A stretch of 64,000 nt of DNA from Octopus vulgaris (lineage: Eukaryota). The position numbers and the translations under genes are program-made. How positions within the stretch are numbered: the first letter of the stretch is position 1; each line of letters opens with the position of its first letter. Below the pieces are notes generated by a model, which was given only the letters and a program-made list of their open reading frames with translations, did no database searches and was not told the origin of the DNA. The DNA lies in the NCBI GenBank assembly GCA_951406725.2, contig OX597828.1:62248001-62312000 (forward strand), given 5' to 3'. Of the stretch, positions 42,101-56,646 are shown in pieces.

Positions 42101-42533
42101 TGCTGTAAAAGACGCGTTCAGTTTCCAGTAACCAGGACCCTGCCTATGTGTCTTATCTAAGTCAAGTGTACAAGTCACAAACTTGTGATCTGTGTAACTG
42201 ACTATATGAAATTGTGGACAACCTACACTATTTTTATCTATTGTCCTACAGAATACTCTATCTAAGTATGATCTGGACGACCCGATGCAGTTACTCCATG
42301 TCCACATTGGCACATTCGGGTGGTCCAGTCGGTACCTGTCAGACAGTTGGAAACGTCTGAGCAGGTCTTTGAGGCATTTGCATCCCCTTCTATTGCTATC
42401 TCTGCCCACGTAGTCTAGATGCGTGTCCAGGGTGGCATTCCAACCCCCACTAAAAGTAAAGGACGATCGTTCCCATGAAAGACTCTAGACGTCGAAAGAA
42501 ATCTGGTCGGCCTGTTAAGGACGGAGCATAAAC
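39155..42533 (-). mobile_element. Tx1/L1-clade LINE, 5'-truncated within the endonuclease domain, with (TATC)n tail
   Basis: ORF2 plus ~300 bp 3' UTR ending GTGGCTAATAAAAGAAAG, followed by (TATC)n at 39067-39154. Confidence 0.95.
39479..42409 (-). pseudogene. Tx1-clade ORF2: APE endonuclease C-terminal part, reverse transcriptase and CCHC zinc finger (976 aa open)
   Basis: SYLDRVF, TDHKFV, GYWKLN, KSPGLDG, FRPITLLNADLKI, DQSKAFDRV, RQGCPLS, YADD, CPRC..ETVLHALVQC; frameshifts upstream of 42410 and near 39555. Confidence 0.93.
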
Positions 42534-42708
42534 TGTTATCCATAGGCCCTGGCCCGAACGTCGTCCTGAACAGGTGGGTTAAGAGTTTCTCGTCGACGCC
42601 CAGGTTTGCCCCGAGTGTGTCGTCGGACCTCCCCTCCACTAGTCCTCTCTAGAACGCTTTAGTCGTTTGTAAGTTGCACAAGTTTGACCCCGGTCGGCAG
42701 AGCTGCTG
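42534..42708 (-). mobile_element. Internal fragment of a related Tx1 copy
   Basis: [10 protein letters not shown]...EGRSDDTLGANLGVDEKLLTHLFRTTFGPGPMDN is homologous to about 39945-40112. Confidence 0.85.
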
Positions 42709-42799
<91 letters not shown>

Positions 42800-42867
42800 G
42801 TAGGTAGATAGGTAGATAGATAGACAGACAGACATGCAGGCAGGCAGACAGAATGACAGACAAACAA

Positions 42868-42930
<63 letters not shown>

Positions 42931-42931
<1 letters not shown>

Positions 42932-43250
42932 GTTTCTTTATTGGCCACACAGGGCTGCACACAGATGGGACAAGTTACAAGGTAGAGCTTTTCTTTTGGG
43001 GGATGAAAAAAACAAAAAAACAAAAGAAAAAAAAGGGGGTGGCGTAGGTTTTCGATCAAGAGGGATCGTAAAAGGGAAGAAAAGAACAAAAAAAAAAGAA
43101 AAAGAATAAAAAAAGAAAAAGAAAAGGAAAAGGAACAAAAGAAAAGAGAAATGAAAAAAGAAGAAAAAAGGGGAAAAAAAGAGGAAGAAGAAGAAAAAGA
43201 ACGATCAATAGGGATCGTGTATCACAGTGTTATGATATATGGTGTAAAGG
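42931..43250 (-). mobile_element. Tx1 3' UTR-only copy between (GATA)n tracts
   Basis: Ends GTGCAGCCCTGTGTGGCCAATAAAGAAAC then (TATC)n. Confidence 0.85.
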
Positions 43251-43270
43251 GATAGATAGATAGATAGATA

Positions 43271-43893
<623 letters not shown>

Positions 43894-45078
43894 TGCATAA
43901 ATACTTATGTATACACACACACAAACATATATATAAGTATGTATACACTGTATTACAGAATATATCTTTTGGTTTTAGCCAATATTCTATGTCATAAACA
44001 GATAGACAATATCTTTGAGGTCAGAAATAGAGAGGTCAGTCAAACTTGTTTCAATGCCACTTACTGTATATTGACCAGCTTTGACTATCTCAACGGATGT
44101 TCACCAGTTTCATATAACTTGTAGCGCTCAAATTATCTGGACCGAGTCAATACTCGATGACCCGCTAAATGTATTCGACTATTTCAATATTGCTTGGCCA
44201 TCTCATCGTAATGTCGCCTGCTCTAGTCAAAGTAACAGTGAAATCTCCTTCAGGAACCTAACCAATATATATATATTTTTTTTTAATGGTTTTATGGAAG
44301 TCTTCTTGGGTTAGGTCCTGAAACATAGAGCACTAATAAAGACGATATGACCATTTCTGTATGATGGTTGTGATGAAAGTAGGTCTAAGATGAGTTCACA
44401 AAAACCTACAACTACAGCAGCAACAGTTACACATAAACAACCACCAACAACAACACCGACACTACAATTCATGTATCTACTGTATTAAACCGGCATAAAC
44501 TCTATGAAAACTTCTTTAAAATGTTTCTCCAAATTCCGAACTAAAGCTTAAATGTCAACAAAATCACAAAATGGTGGACTAATGTTTATTTCTCGTTAGT
44601 GAAGCCTGATCAGGCAAATGAAGGTTAATGTAACGATGATAAGATCAATTAAGTCTCGTTAAGACTGCGTTAAGGTCAGTGAACTCTCGACTGGTTCAAC
44701 GATATTTAAGTAATGATCGGTGTGCGATAATCGTAGATCCATCAGTAGGCTGGATCTGGTTTATCGAAAGGTCACTATCTCGCGTTAACAATTATCTCAC
44801 AATGGCCCAAGTCAACTGGCTATAAATTGGTACCATGAGGAGGTCGAGAACACAATTTTGATGCTGTTGTGTACTTCATCCACCATCACCACCACTACCA
44901 CTAAAAAAGGTATAATTTTGAGGCACAGTTCACGACATAACAAACTTTACATGATGGTATATATATATCAAATGAAATAAAAAAACATTTGATTTCATTT
45001 GATACATATATCCTCTCACCTCTGCTACTAGCTGGCATATACAGGTGCTTACATTTATCAAGTATTCACCCTGAATTT

Positions 45079-45126
<48 letters not shown>

Positions 45127-45627
45127 CGTACGTACATACACACACGTGTATGTGTGTGTGAGTGTGTGTGTGTGTGTGTTTGTGAGTGAGTGTGTGTTGT
45201 GCGCGCGCGCGCGTTCTCCATACCGTTTGACAGCCTGTGATGTTTTGTTCCGGTCCCCGTAAATTTAACTTAATAATTCGACTTGAAAACCAACAGAATA
45301 AGTAGGAGATATAAAAAAAAAACTGAGTGTGGGTCAAGTAAAGCCCTCAGGGCGCTGACCGAGCATGGCTGCATCCCAATGAGTGAAACAATTAAAGTTT
45401 TAAAAAATAGATAAGAAGATAAAGCTTAAACACTCAATTGCTATAAAAATACATTTATAAATTAATAAATTCACTATCAGTCACACGGTTTTATATTTAA
45501 TTGACGGATAATGCAGTGTCAACAAGTTGTTTTATTGCCTGGTCAACCGGACAGTAAAGGGAGACTTATACACATTCTGTGTGTGCATATATATATATAT
45601 ATATATATAATTTTATATATATAGTAT

Positions 45628-46958
45628 AAAATTTGCCAGCATACTCGAGCAAATCGGGTCATTTGAATAATGAAAACACCAACATCGGGTCGGTGATAGA
45701 GCTATTACTCTTTTCCTTTTTACTTATTCTTTGTAAGCCTAGTATATATTCTTTCGACCTTTTTTGCCGAACCGCTATGTTACGGGGACGTAAACACACC
45801 AAAAAATCAAATGTCAAACGATGTTGGTATTGTGTACAAACTTGATATTAAGATTAAGTCTTCACGACTCTGACTGAATTTGGGTCAGTCATCTGACACT
45901 ATGTACTTGTTCTTGGAAATTTTTAAAACACTGTATTCAACAGATGAAAACGTGTTTTTTTGTTTTTGTTTTTTTCACAGTGTAATACTTCTGTTCTTCA
46001 ATAAAACACTTGAAACAGGTGTGCCAACCGCAAACTCAAATAGCAAGCGAAGAATACTTAGCGGTGTTCTCCGCCTTTACCAGCGTGAGTTCAAATTCCA
46101 GCGAGGTCATCTTTATATGCTTATTCTCGAATCGATAAAATCGAAGCAGTTAGTTACTGAGGGAGATTAATCAATTTCCCCCGAATTGCAGGCCTTGTGT
46201 CAAAATTTGAAAATCATTATATCGTGAATTTCACACACAGTGTTCAGTATGCAAAGGGACCATTTAAGTATATTTATTTTACTATAGCCCTTTTATATAT
46301 TATATATATATAATATATATATAAATGGTCCCTTTGCATACTGAACACTTGGTAACGTGATTAATGATACGTAATTAATTTTACCCTCAATTGTTGACAC
46401 ATTATAATTAATCTCCCTCTAATTAATGCTTCGGATTTTACCGAAATAAGCATAGTGTTTGCTGATTTTAACCCACGCTGGTGGAAAGGGGAGAACAGAA
46501 ATTCTTCGCTTGCATATTTGAGTTTGTTGGCACTGTTAGTTACGAGCAGATCTTCGAAAGCGATGAGAAGCCGAAAGGGTATGCTCTCACTTTCAGTGTT
46601 TTCAAATCCAAACCAAGGAGTTTCTGAGCTGATGATAGAAGTGTCGTGTTGACTAATCTTGAAACGTACGTTCTCAAATAACCTTTGCATTTGATTTTTT
46701 GATGTCTTTACCCCCAAACTTTCGTGAGTTGAGTTGAGCAAGCACTATATGAGAGAGATTTTCTTTAAGTATTAGAAATAGTTTTAGAAAAGTTTTTTGG
46801 CTGCTATTTCTAATGAGTTCAGTATGCGGCAAAGTAATTTATTTTACTAAGCCCTTTTATATATTGTAATAATTTGAATTCGCCTTAAATGGTCCCTTTG
46901 CATACTGAACACTTGGTGAAATTGATTAATGATTAATTAATTTTACCCTCAATTGTTG

Positions 46959-47011
<53 letters not shown>

Positions 47012-47640
47012 ATATATATATATAAAATTTCCAGGATTCGAGCAAATCGGGTATTTGAATAATGAAAACACCAACATCGGGTCGGTGATAGAGCTATTAC
47101 TCTTTTCCTCTTTTACTTATACTTTGTAAGCCTAGTATATATTCTTTCGACCTTTTTTGCCGAACCGCTATGTTACGGGGACGTAAACACACCAGCATCG
47201 GTTGTCAAACGATGTTGGTATTGTGTACAAACTTGATATTAAGTTAACTCTTCACACTCTGACTGAATTTGGGTCGGCCGAGTCATCTGACACTATGTAC
47301 TTGTTCTTGAGAAATTTTTAATTCTTAATTTTTACCTGTATTCAACAGATGAAAACGTGTTTTTTTGTTTTTGTTTTTTTCACAGTGTAATACTTCTGTT
47401 CTTCAATAAAACACGCTTGAAACAGGTGTAGCGAACCGCAATACATCTGTTGTTAGCACTCCAAGCAAAATACTTAGCGGTATTTCGTCCGCCTTTACGT
47501 TCTGAGTTCAAATTCCACCGAGGTCATCTTTATATTTCTTTCTCTCGGAATCGATAAAATAAGTACCAGTTAGTTACTGAGGTCGATGAAATCAATTCCC
47601 CCGTCCCCCGATCTTGCAGGCCTTGTGTCAAAATTTGAAA
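45628..47640 (+). repeat. Direct duplication of ~600 bp (45628-46212 and 47024-47640) containing SINE fragments
   Basis: Long identical runs such as TTTGAATAATGAAAACACCAACATCGGGTCGGTGATAGAGCTATTACTCTTTTCC; the first copy carries many small indels. Confidence 0.85.
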
Positions 47641-47681
47641 AACAATTGTTTATATAAACGTGAATACGCACACACACATAC

Positions 47682-47754
<73 letters not shown>

Positions 47755-48084
47755 TATATAGATAAGTATACGTACATACATGTATACGTATATACCTATG
47801 CATATGTGGGCACAGGACGTCACAAAACGTAAACAACAAAAATACGAAGTACGAGGACATGGAATAAGGGCTTTTTTGCAAGCAACGAAAGAAACAAATG
47901 GAGAACAAGAGAAGCAACACAAGGAACGACCCTTCATCAGTTGTTGGCTGTTTTTCTAATCTGTATTTCGAGCAATTCATGTTGACGACAGACAGACAGG
48001 CAAACAAACAGGCAGACAATCAGACAGTCAGAACGACAGATAGATAGATACGTAAATGGTTAGTAGTAAGCTTGTATGTTTGAA

Positions 48085-48143
<59 letters not shown>

Positions 48144-48382
48144 TTATTATTGTTGTCGTTGCCAATGTACTTATTGCTGTAAGCATGCAGATAAAGAAGA
48201 GAGGTTGCTGTGCATCACATTCGACATCAACAAGGTGACCTTAAAAGGAAAAAAATGAGTTCCAAAACAGCTTCTGAGAGGAAACACCATTCTCTGTACT
48301 TTCAACACAGATTCTATGTGCAACGGGTTTATCGTGAACATCACAGAAATCGGGGAAAAAGCTACATACATGCACACGCACG

Positions 48383-48424
<42 letters not shown>

Positions 48425-48438
48425 CACACACGTACATA

Positions 48439-49246
48439 CAGGGTACTGTGAATAAATTGTCGTCTAAATTACGCAAAAATGAAAATAACACTGAAATCTC
48501 ATTTTAACAGGTATTTTAACCAAAATTACATAAAAATATCTTGAAAGACTAAAGAGGAAATTTATTCAATAAAATCCCCATTAGCTCCAATAACGTCCTC
48601 CAGACGACTTCGAAATCTCCTGCAGCTCTTCTGGACGGTCTCCTTGTTTAGGTTGGTGAATGCTGCCATAATCCTTGCCTTCAATTCATCTTTTGTATTA
48701 CAAGGAGTTTTGTTAGTCTCTCACTCGTTAGGAGTGATGAGGTCGCAGAAATTGTCTGACAGCCATGACTGTTTTCTCCTGCTTGTGTGGCCTGGTGCAG
48801 AGTCATGTTGTCAGACATAGCGTCTTTCAACAGCTACCCTCTGACACAGGGCAGCACTACCTCCTCCAGGCTCTACATGTAGGCCTCCGTGTTGAGTCTG
48901 AGGCCATGTGGGAAGTTGAATGGAAGCATAAGGCTGCCATCACTATTGATCACTCCAAACAACATGATGTCGACTGGATGTTTGATTATTATCACTGTCT
49001 GCAAGCCAACGGTTGTTCTGTGTGTTCACCATCTGTTCGTATTGGAGCTTCCGGCGCGAATGCCAAGCAGTACAGGATGTCGTTTCCAAATTTCTGGCAG
49101 AGTGAATTACGGCATGTTGCTGTTTTTCCCACAGACAGTGCCCAACTGACCCTACTACACAGTGTAGTCAACGAAACCAAAAACAAACAGTACGCATGCA
49201 CGAAATTAAAAATATAAAATGGCGACAATTTACCCATCGCACCCTA
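48439..49246 (-). mobile_element. Internally deleted Tc1/mariner element (DD37D/maT-like)
   Basis: Imperfect TIRs CAGGGTACTGTGAATAAATTGTCG versus TAGGGTGCGATGGGTAAATTGTCG; minus-strand peptides QHDSAPGHTS...WLSDNF and TNKTPCNTKDELKARIMAAF...CRRFRSRLEDVIGANGDFIE*. Confidence 0.8.
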
Positions 49247-49274
49247 CATGTATGTATGTATATATGTATGTATG

Positions 49275-49334
<60 letters not shown>

Positions 49335-49552
49335 TATACATACGGTATGAATGATGATCATTACATTTCTTTTCCTTTACCGGAGTAAATTTTGGCTTTC
49401 AGCTGTTTCCGGTAGTCATTATAGGCTTGTTAGTTGGAGTTCTTTACTAATTTAAACAATATTTTTAGTCTGATGTGCCAAGAAAGAGCTTATGAGCATT
49501 TTGCCGGGATAATTCCTTAGGCACAACTATATATATATATACATATACATAC

Positions 49553-49592
<40 letters not shown>

Positions 49593-49604
49593 GGAAACAT
49601 TTGT

Positions 49605-49647
<43 letters not shown>

Positions 49648-49728
49648 TATAAAAAGAAAAAATATTTCCATATATATATATATATATATATATATATGGA
49701 AATAATTTTCTTTTGCCCTTGTTTATAA

Positions 49729-49766
<38 letters not shown>

Positions 49767-49768
<2 letters not shown>

Positions 49769-50069
49769 CTTATAAACAAGGCAAAAAAAATTATTTCCAT
49801 GCCAATATGCTGATAACAGACTTTTAAATTCTCAATTTCCACATATTATTATATACCCACTACAGAAATACGTTGTGCTGAAATCGAGGAAGCTAGTCAA
49901 CAGAATTTTTTTTAAAAGTTCGTTATTTCTATATTGAATCAATTTCGGAATTGCAGCGCAACGTATTTCTGTAGTGGGTATATAATAATATGTGGAAATT
50001 GACGATTTAATAGTCTGTTATCAGCATATTGGCATGGAAATAATTTTCTTTTGCCCTTGTTTATAAGTT
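49767..50069. mobile_element. Fold-back element with ~115 bp inverted arms beside (TA)n
   Basis: ACTTATAAACAAGG...CTACAGAAATACGTTG / CAACGTATTTCTGTAG...CCTTGTTTATAAGT. Confidence 0.8.
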
Positions 50070-50155
50070 GTTTATAATTTTAGCCTTTAAAGGTATTTTA
50101 ATATGTTGCCACTTTCTGATGAAATTTTTTCTGTAAAAAAAACTTCATCCTATAT

Positions 50156-50241
<86 letters not shown>

Positions 50242-50387
50242 TATATCCAAATTGAGGGAATACAGCAAGAAAATTCATGGCTCGGAGCTTAGTAACTTCC
50301 TACACCTCGATCCTTGTATCTACCATTTACAAATCTTTATATATATATCTGTGTGTGTGTGTGTATACACACTCATGTATGTGAACT

Positions 50388-50655
50388 CACGTGACAGTGG
50401 TTAGAGCTTCGGGCTCGGAATCATGTGTCATGTGTTCTTTAGCAAGACACTTTATTTGGCGTTATTTCAACTCACTCAGCCGTAGAAATGAGTAGCGGTG
50501 TCACTGGTGCGAAACTGTATCGGCCGGGAATCTGGTATGCATGGGTGACCGCTGGTCTTCCATAAACAACCTTGCCTGGACCTGTGCCTCGGAGGAGAAC
50601 TTTCTAGGTGCAATCCCATGGTCATTGTCCTGACCGAAGGGGGTCTTTCCTCTTT
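50388..50655 (+). mobile_element. Degraded tRNA-derived SINE
   Basis: CGTGACAGTGGTTAGAGC head and TTAGCAAGACACTTTAT core-like motif. Confidence 0.5.
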
Positions 50656-50714
50656 TATACATCTATATACACACATACAAGGGGGGGGGGGGGGGTTCTT
50701 TGTTATGGTTGTTG

Positions 50715-50746
<32 letters not shown>

Positions 50747-51276
50747 GGTGGTGGTGGTGGCGGCGAAGGTGGCGGCGGTTAAGGAGATGCGTGTAGTTGT
50801 GTGTGGTGTGAGTCGGTATTGCAGTAGTGTTGGAGGTAGTAGTGTAGTGGTGTATTGTTAACAACAGTGATGTAGTGTTGGTGGAGATGGCAATGTAAAT
50901 GGTAATGGCTCTTATGATGATGGCGGTGGTAGTGGCGGAGGTGATGATGATGATGATGATAGTGGTGGTGGTGGTAGTAGTAGTGGTTTTGGTGGTGGTG
51001 GTGGTGGTGGTGTCAGTGGTGGGGTGGGATGATAAGGGAGTAAATTAGAGCAGGTGGATGTCGAAAATGAGTCTGCCTTTCTCGAATTTCGCTGTAAATC
51101 GAGACGTCTACGTGTGTGTGTATTTACACACACACACACACACACACATCGGTGTGCATATATATATCTATATGTGTTTCTCTGTATGCGCGTACGCGCG
51201 CATATGCGTATGTTTATATACATGCATGTATGTACCTATTTATCTATCTATCAATCTATCTATCTATCTATCTATA

Positions 51277-51343
<67 letters not shown>

Positions 51344-51509
51344 ATCTATATATATATTAGTGTGTATGTATTGGGGTATATGTATATATACACATGTAGA
51401 CACACACATACATATTTACATACATATGTATACACACACACATGCGTATTTATATACATATGTATACACACACATACGTATCAATATACATATGTATACA
51501 TACACATGC

Positions 51510-51540
<31 letters not shown>

Positions 51541-51613
51541 CATACATACATATATAATATAATATATATATATACATATATACTTACATACACACTCACA
51601 CACGCACACGCAT

Positions 51614-51661
<48 letters not shown>

Positions 51662-51910
51662 ACATACACAGAGAAAATGACAGGCGAAGAGGAGGTGGTT
51701 GTGGTATCGGTAGAGGTGGGGGAAGAAGAGAAGGGGAGCAGGAGGAGGACGACGACGGCGACGACCATGACGACCAAGATGATGATGATGGTGATGATGA
51801 TGATACCGATGATAACGATGACTATGGGGCTCTAGTGTATGGTATCAGCCCATAGCCTGTTGGCAGAATGAGATTTTATCCCAAATTGCTTATTCAGTGA
51901 TATATATATA

Positions 51911-51943
51911 ACTTAGAAAGGTTTTGGCCAATATTGGCCCAGG
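51911..51943 (-). mobile_element. 33 bp extreme 3' end of the CR1-group LINE
   Basis: Identical to 53695-53727 (ACTTAGAAAGGTTTTGGCCAATATTGGCCCAGG) and next to (TA)n. Confidence 0.8.
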
Positions 51944-51971
51944 GTAAAAGCGCTGCTCAGCTGATCCGAAA

Positions 51972-52089
<118 letters not shown>

Positions 52090-52351
52090 TCGTGTGTGTG
52101 TGTGTTTGTGTGTGTATTCGTGTGTGTGTGTGTGTGTGTGTGCGGGTGTGTGTGTGTATGCGTGTGTATATGCGTGTGCATGTGTGTCTACGTGAGTTAG
52201 TGTGTGTGAATCAGTAAGTGTGCGAATGCGCTTAGCGACCTTCCACCCACGAGCAGCAACTTGTTACTGTGGCTTCCATACACATGTGTTAACTTGACAC
52301 GTATATCACATATATATACATACATACATAAAAATATGTATACATACATGA

Positions 52352-52409
<58 letters not shown>

Positions 52410-52964
52410 ACGTATGTACATGTGTTTATGCATACACACACACATGTATATATATATATAGAGAGAGAGAGGGGGGGACAAAGACAGAGAGTGAGGGAGT
52501 GAGGGCGGTAATGGTAGAGAGAGAGAGAGAGAGAGAGAGAAATGGAAAAGAAGGGAGATAACTATGAGACGGAGCGATAACGAAGGGTGATGGGAGAGAG
52601 TGGCAGAGAGGAGTGGGAAGAGTTGAGCTGTATGAAAAGTGTGTGAAACGGGTGTTTTTAGCACTTCCTGTCACATATATAACGTGTCCTGGCTATTTCG
52701 ACCGAAAACAACCCGCACCTACTCCGACACCCGTCCCACCCGCCACGCGCGCACACACACACACAAACAGCATCATCATCATCATCCAAGCCTTACATCT
52801 CGCCAAGTCCACCACCACCACCACCAACACCACTACCAACGTAACTTCCACCTTCACTGCCATTATAAACATCGGGTGAGCAACAGAAACTGGTTGTCAT
52901 GACAACCACTAAGCGCTGACTGATGCAGATGTGTCGGTTGATAGAAATTTGAATGCATATGTAC

Positions 52965-53000
<36 letters not shown>

Positions 53001-53054
53001 GTGTGTGTGCATGTACGTACGTATGCATGCATTATCCAGACATGTATAATATGC

Positions 53055-53085
<31 letters not shown>

Positions 53086-53101
53086 CACAATATATATATA
53101 T

Positions 53102-53163
<62 letters not shown>

Positions 53164-53253
53164 TAATAAATATTAGGGAATAAATCCAAACTTACAGGGA
53201 AAAATCAGATTTAGGATTGAATCCAATTTTATAGTAAAATATTATATTATATT

Positions 53254-53649
53254 AAATTAGAGACAAAACCACTATTAGGCAAATCATACAATGAAAAACT
53301 TAAGCCAATACATAAGATTATTTAATTTATATCATTTAAATATATAACAAAATTATTAAAAAAATATAATTAATATATCACTACGATCGTTTCATGGCTG
53401 ATAATTTCTTTAAATTTTCGAGTTACAGTCATTCATCAGGTGGTTTAAATATTTATCTTGGCGAGGTTTAATGAATGACTGTGACTTGAAAATTTAAAGA
53501 AATTAACAGCTATGAAACGATCGTAGTGATATATTAATTATATTTTTTTAATAATTTTGTTATATATTTAAATGATATAAATTAAATAATCTTATGTATT
53601 GGCTTAAGTTTTTCATTGTATGATTTGCCTAATAGTGGTTTTGTCTCTA

Positions 53650-53653
<4 letters not shown>
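53254..53653. mobile_element. Fold-back element with ~180 bp near-perfect inverted arms (Penelope pLTR-like)
   Basis: 53254-53436 versus 53471-53653; abuts (TA)n. Confidence 0.85.
53379..53442 (-). ncRNA. Minimal type I hammerhead ribozyme, intact core
   Basis: CAC-CTGATGA-ATGACTG...CAGCCAT-GAAA-CGATCG-TA-GTG; palindromic helix III ACGATCGT; GUA cleavage triplet. Confidence 0.7.
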
Positions 53654-53694
<41 letters not shown>

Positions 53695-53695
<1 letters not shown>

Positions 53696-54830
53696 CTTAG
53701 AAAGGTTTTGGCCAATATTGGCCCAGGCCATGTCTAACTTAATAGCACCACCTGGCGAAGACTTTCAATTCAGGATTTGGGCACCAAGGCCCATTCGAGC
53801 AGAGAGTTATTGTTTGTGGAGACATATCCGGGTGTGGGTGGTTTGTCCGTGACTGTTTGAAGGAATTTGTCTAAAGACTTCTTGAATTTTGTGTGGTCAG
53901 TTTCTGTTTTGACATGTCCTGGTGTTATGTTGAAGAGAGCGGGTCCAATTGAGGTGAAATATATGTGCCGTATTGTTGTTATGAGATACGATTTAGATCT
54001 TTGTTGTGGACGGGTGGCACGTGGTCCAAGCCTTGGGTGTATTTTGAAGGTGATGCCAACATCATTTGGACAGTGCTGATGGAATATTTTCCACATCATA
54101 CAGACAATGTAGCGTTCACGGCGTCGTTGGAGTGAATACAGTTTCAGCTTTTCCAGTCGACCCCAGTAGTCGAGGTCTGACATGCCATCTATCTTTTTCG
54201 TGATTGACCTTTGGGGAGCTTCAACTTTCATAATATTCTGTTTCGTGTAGGGAGACCACAGTGGACAGCAGTATTCAAGGTGAGGTCAGGCAAAAGTGGA
54301 GAAGAGAAGGATAATGGTATGGGAATCTCTCGACTGGAAGGTTCTGAGAATCCAGGAACACATTCTGCGGGCCATGTCAACTTTGCTGCTCATGTTGTTG
54401 TCCACAGTTACTCCCAAGTCTCTGATGTTGTTAGACGCCATGAGAATTTCACCAGAAGAAAAGGAGTATGGGAGTTTCAGAGCGTCCTCCCTTCCAAAGT
54501 GGATCAATTCGAATTTGTCTTCGTTTAGCAACATTTTGTTCCCCTCCGCCCAAGGGACAACAGCCAGCAGGTCCGACTGAAGGCCCATCCGGCCATCCAC
54601 GCCATCGATGACCCCCCCGGAGCTTGGAATCACCAGTGAAGATTCCTATATTACCGTGTTTGATGATGTCAGTGATGTCACTAATGTAGATGATGAAGAG
54701 AAGTGGGCCCAACACAGCGCCCTGTGGGACACCACCACCGACCTTGGCTGGGCCGGACTTGACTCCCTCGACCACAACACGCTAGGCTCTGCCTGACAGG
54801 AAGCACCTGATCCACTGCAGCAGCCCTCCA
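53695..54830 (-). mobile_element. CR1-group LINE, 5'-truncated
   Basis: GVPQGAVLGPLLFIIYISD...FTGDSKL, RDLGV, LYSLQRRRERYIVCMMWK; homologous to the 22.6-23.6 kb copy. Confidence 0.9.
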
Positions 54831-55181
54831 TATACGTGTGTGCGTGTGTGTGTGTGTATGTATGTATGCATGCATGTATGTATGTATGTATGTATGTATG
54901 TATGTATGTATGTATGTATGTATGTATGTATGTATGCGTGTGTAGTGTAATATATGGATTCACAGAATCCTGTGGTAATCAAAGAAATCTCTTGTAATGA
55001 ACCCGGCTATCAGACCACACAATAAACCAATATGGAGGAGTATAAATTAGAGTGTCCATGCACCTGAAATCCAGGAGATTCGATCGCTGAAATTATTTGA
55101 CGAAAAGTATATATATAGCCCATAAAAAGTCAGGATGTGTGAGAGATGAATATATTTATTTAGCCCCCTTGACATCCTTAG

Positions 55182-55306
55182 GGTTATAACCGTTTCGTAG
55201 CCTTCATCATGTAAAACTAATTTCACTGTATAATAAATTATTGCACATCTCTACTCTAATATTTACACATCAATGCAGATAAAGAAAGCTAGCTCATCAG
55301 ATCACC
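55182..55306 (-). ncRNA. Hammerhead-like motif with a long loop II
   Basis: GGTGAT-CTGATGA-G(C)TAGCTTT...AAGGCTAC-GAAA-CGG-TT-ATAACC. Confidence 0.45.
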
Positions 55307-56070
55307 ATAGTTACACCAAAGCTTCAACTCTGACTTGCAATCCCGTTGCTATTATTTTCACCTTTGTTTTTTTTTTTTTAATCTTTTGTACTCTCCGTAA
55401 ATAAGCTGCCAGTCTTCTCTTGGGAGTGATATTCCTCTGGCTCTCTTTCTTTCTTTCTTTCTGTTTATCTTTCGGGAAGTTTCGTTGACACTTAAACTAT
55501 GTCCCTCTCCTCAGGTGTTCCATGATGTCCTGACGGGGGTGGACTCGTGCTACGCGCCCACAAAGCGGTAAACAAGCTGGATCTAAGTCAATCTGATCTT
55601 AAATACATGGAACCTGAAATGTGTTGGCTGCCACCTTCTTTTTTTTGTTCACACACATCTGCATATGTATCTACATATGTACGTATATATGTATATGTAT
55701 GTGTATATATATATATATACATACGCACATACATACATACATATACGTGTTTGCATGTATGTATATATATATATATATAATTTACTTTACCACACACCGA
55801 AGGAAATATTGATCTTTATATTCAACTAATCCAGAAACGGCCGTTCTCAAGTAATCTTATGTAAGTGTGATCTTTCGTTATTTTTCCCTCTATACCTGTG
55901 TGAATTATTTTTGAGTATGCATTGTCTGGGAGATTTTTCTTATGGTAGAAGAAATAGCTAAGATATTTTGGGTGCTATTTCTAAAAGTTCGGTGTGTGGT
56001 AAAGTAAATTATTTTACTGAACCCTACTTGGTAAAATTAATTAATAATTAATTAATTTTACCCTTTTATT

Positions 56071-56529
<459 letters not shown>

Positions 56530-56569
56530 GTGTGTGTGTGTGTGCATACACATACAAACTCACACATAT

Positions 56570-56601
<32 letters not shown>

Positions 56602-56646
56602 TGTATGTATGTATGTATATATGTATGTATGTATGTTTATATGTAT

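Noticed and set aside
50117-50135. Isolated CTGATGA (also at 29151)
   Set aside because: No downstream helix II, GAAA box and cleavage site in the right arrangement.
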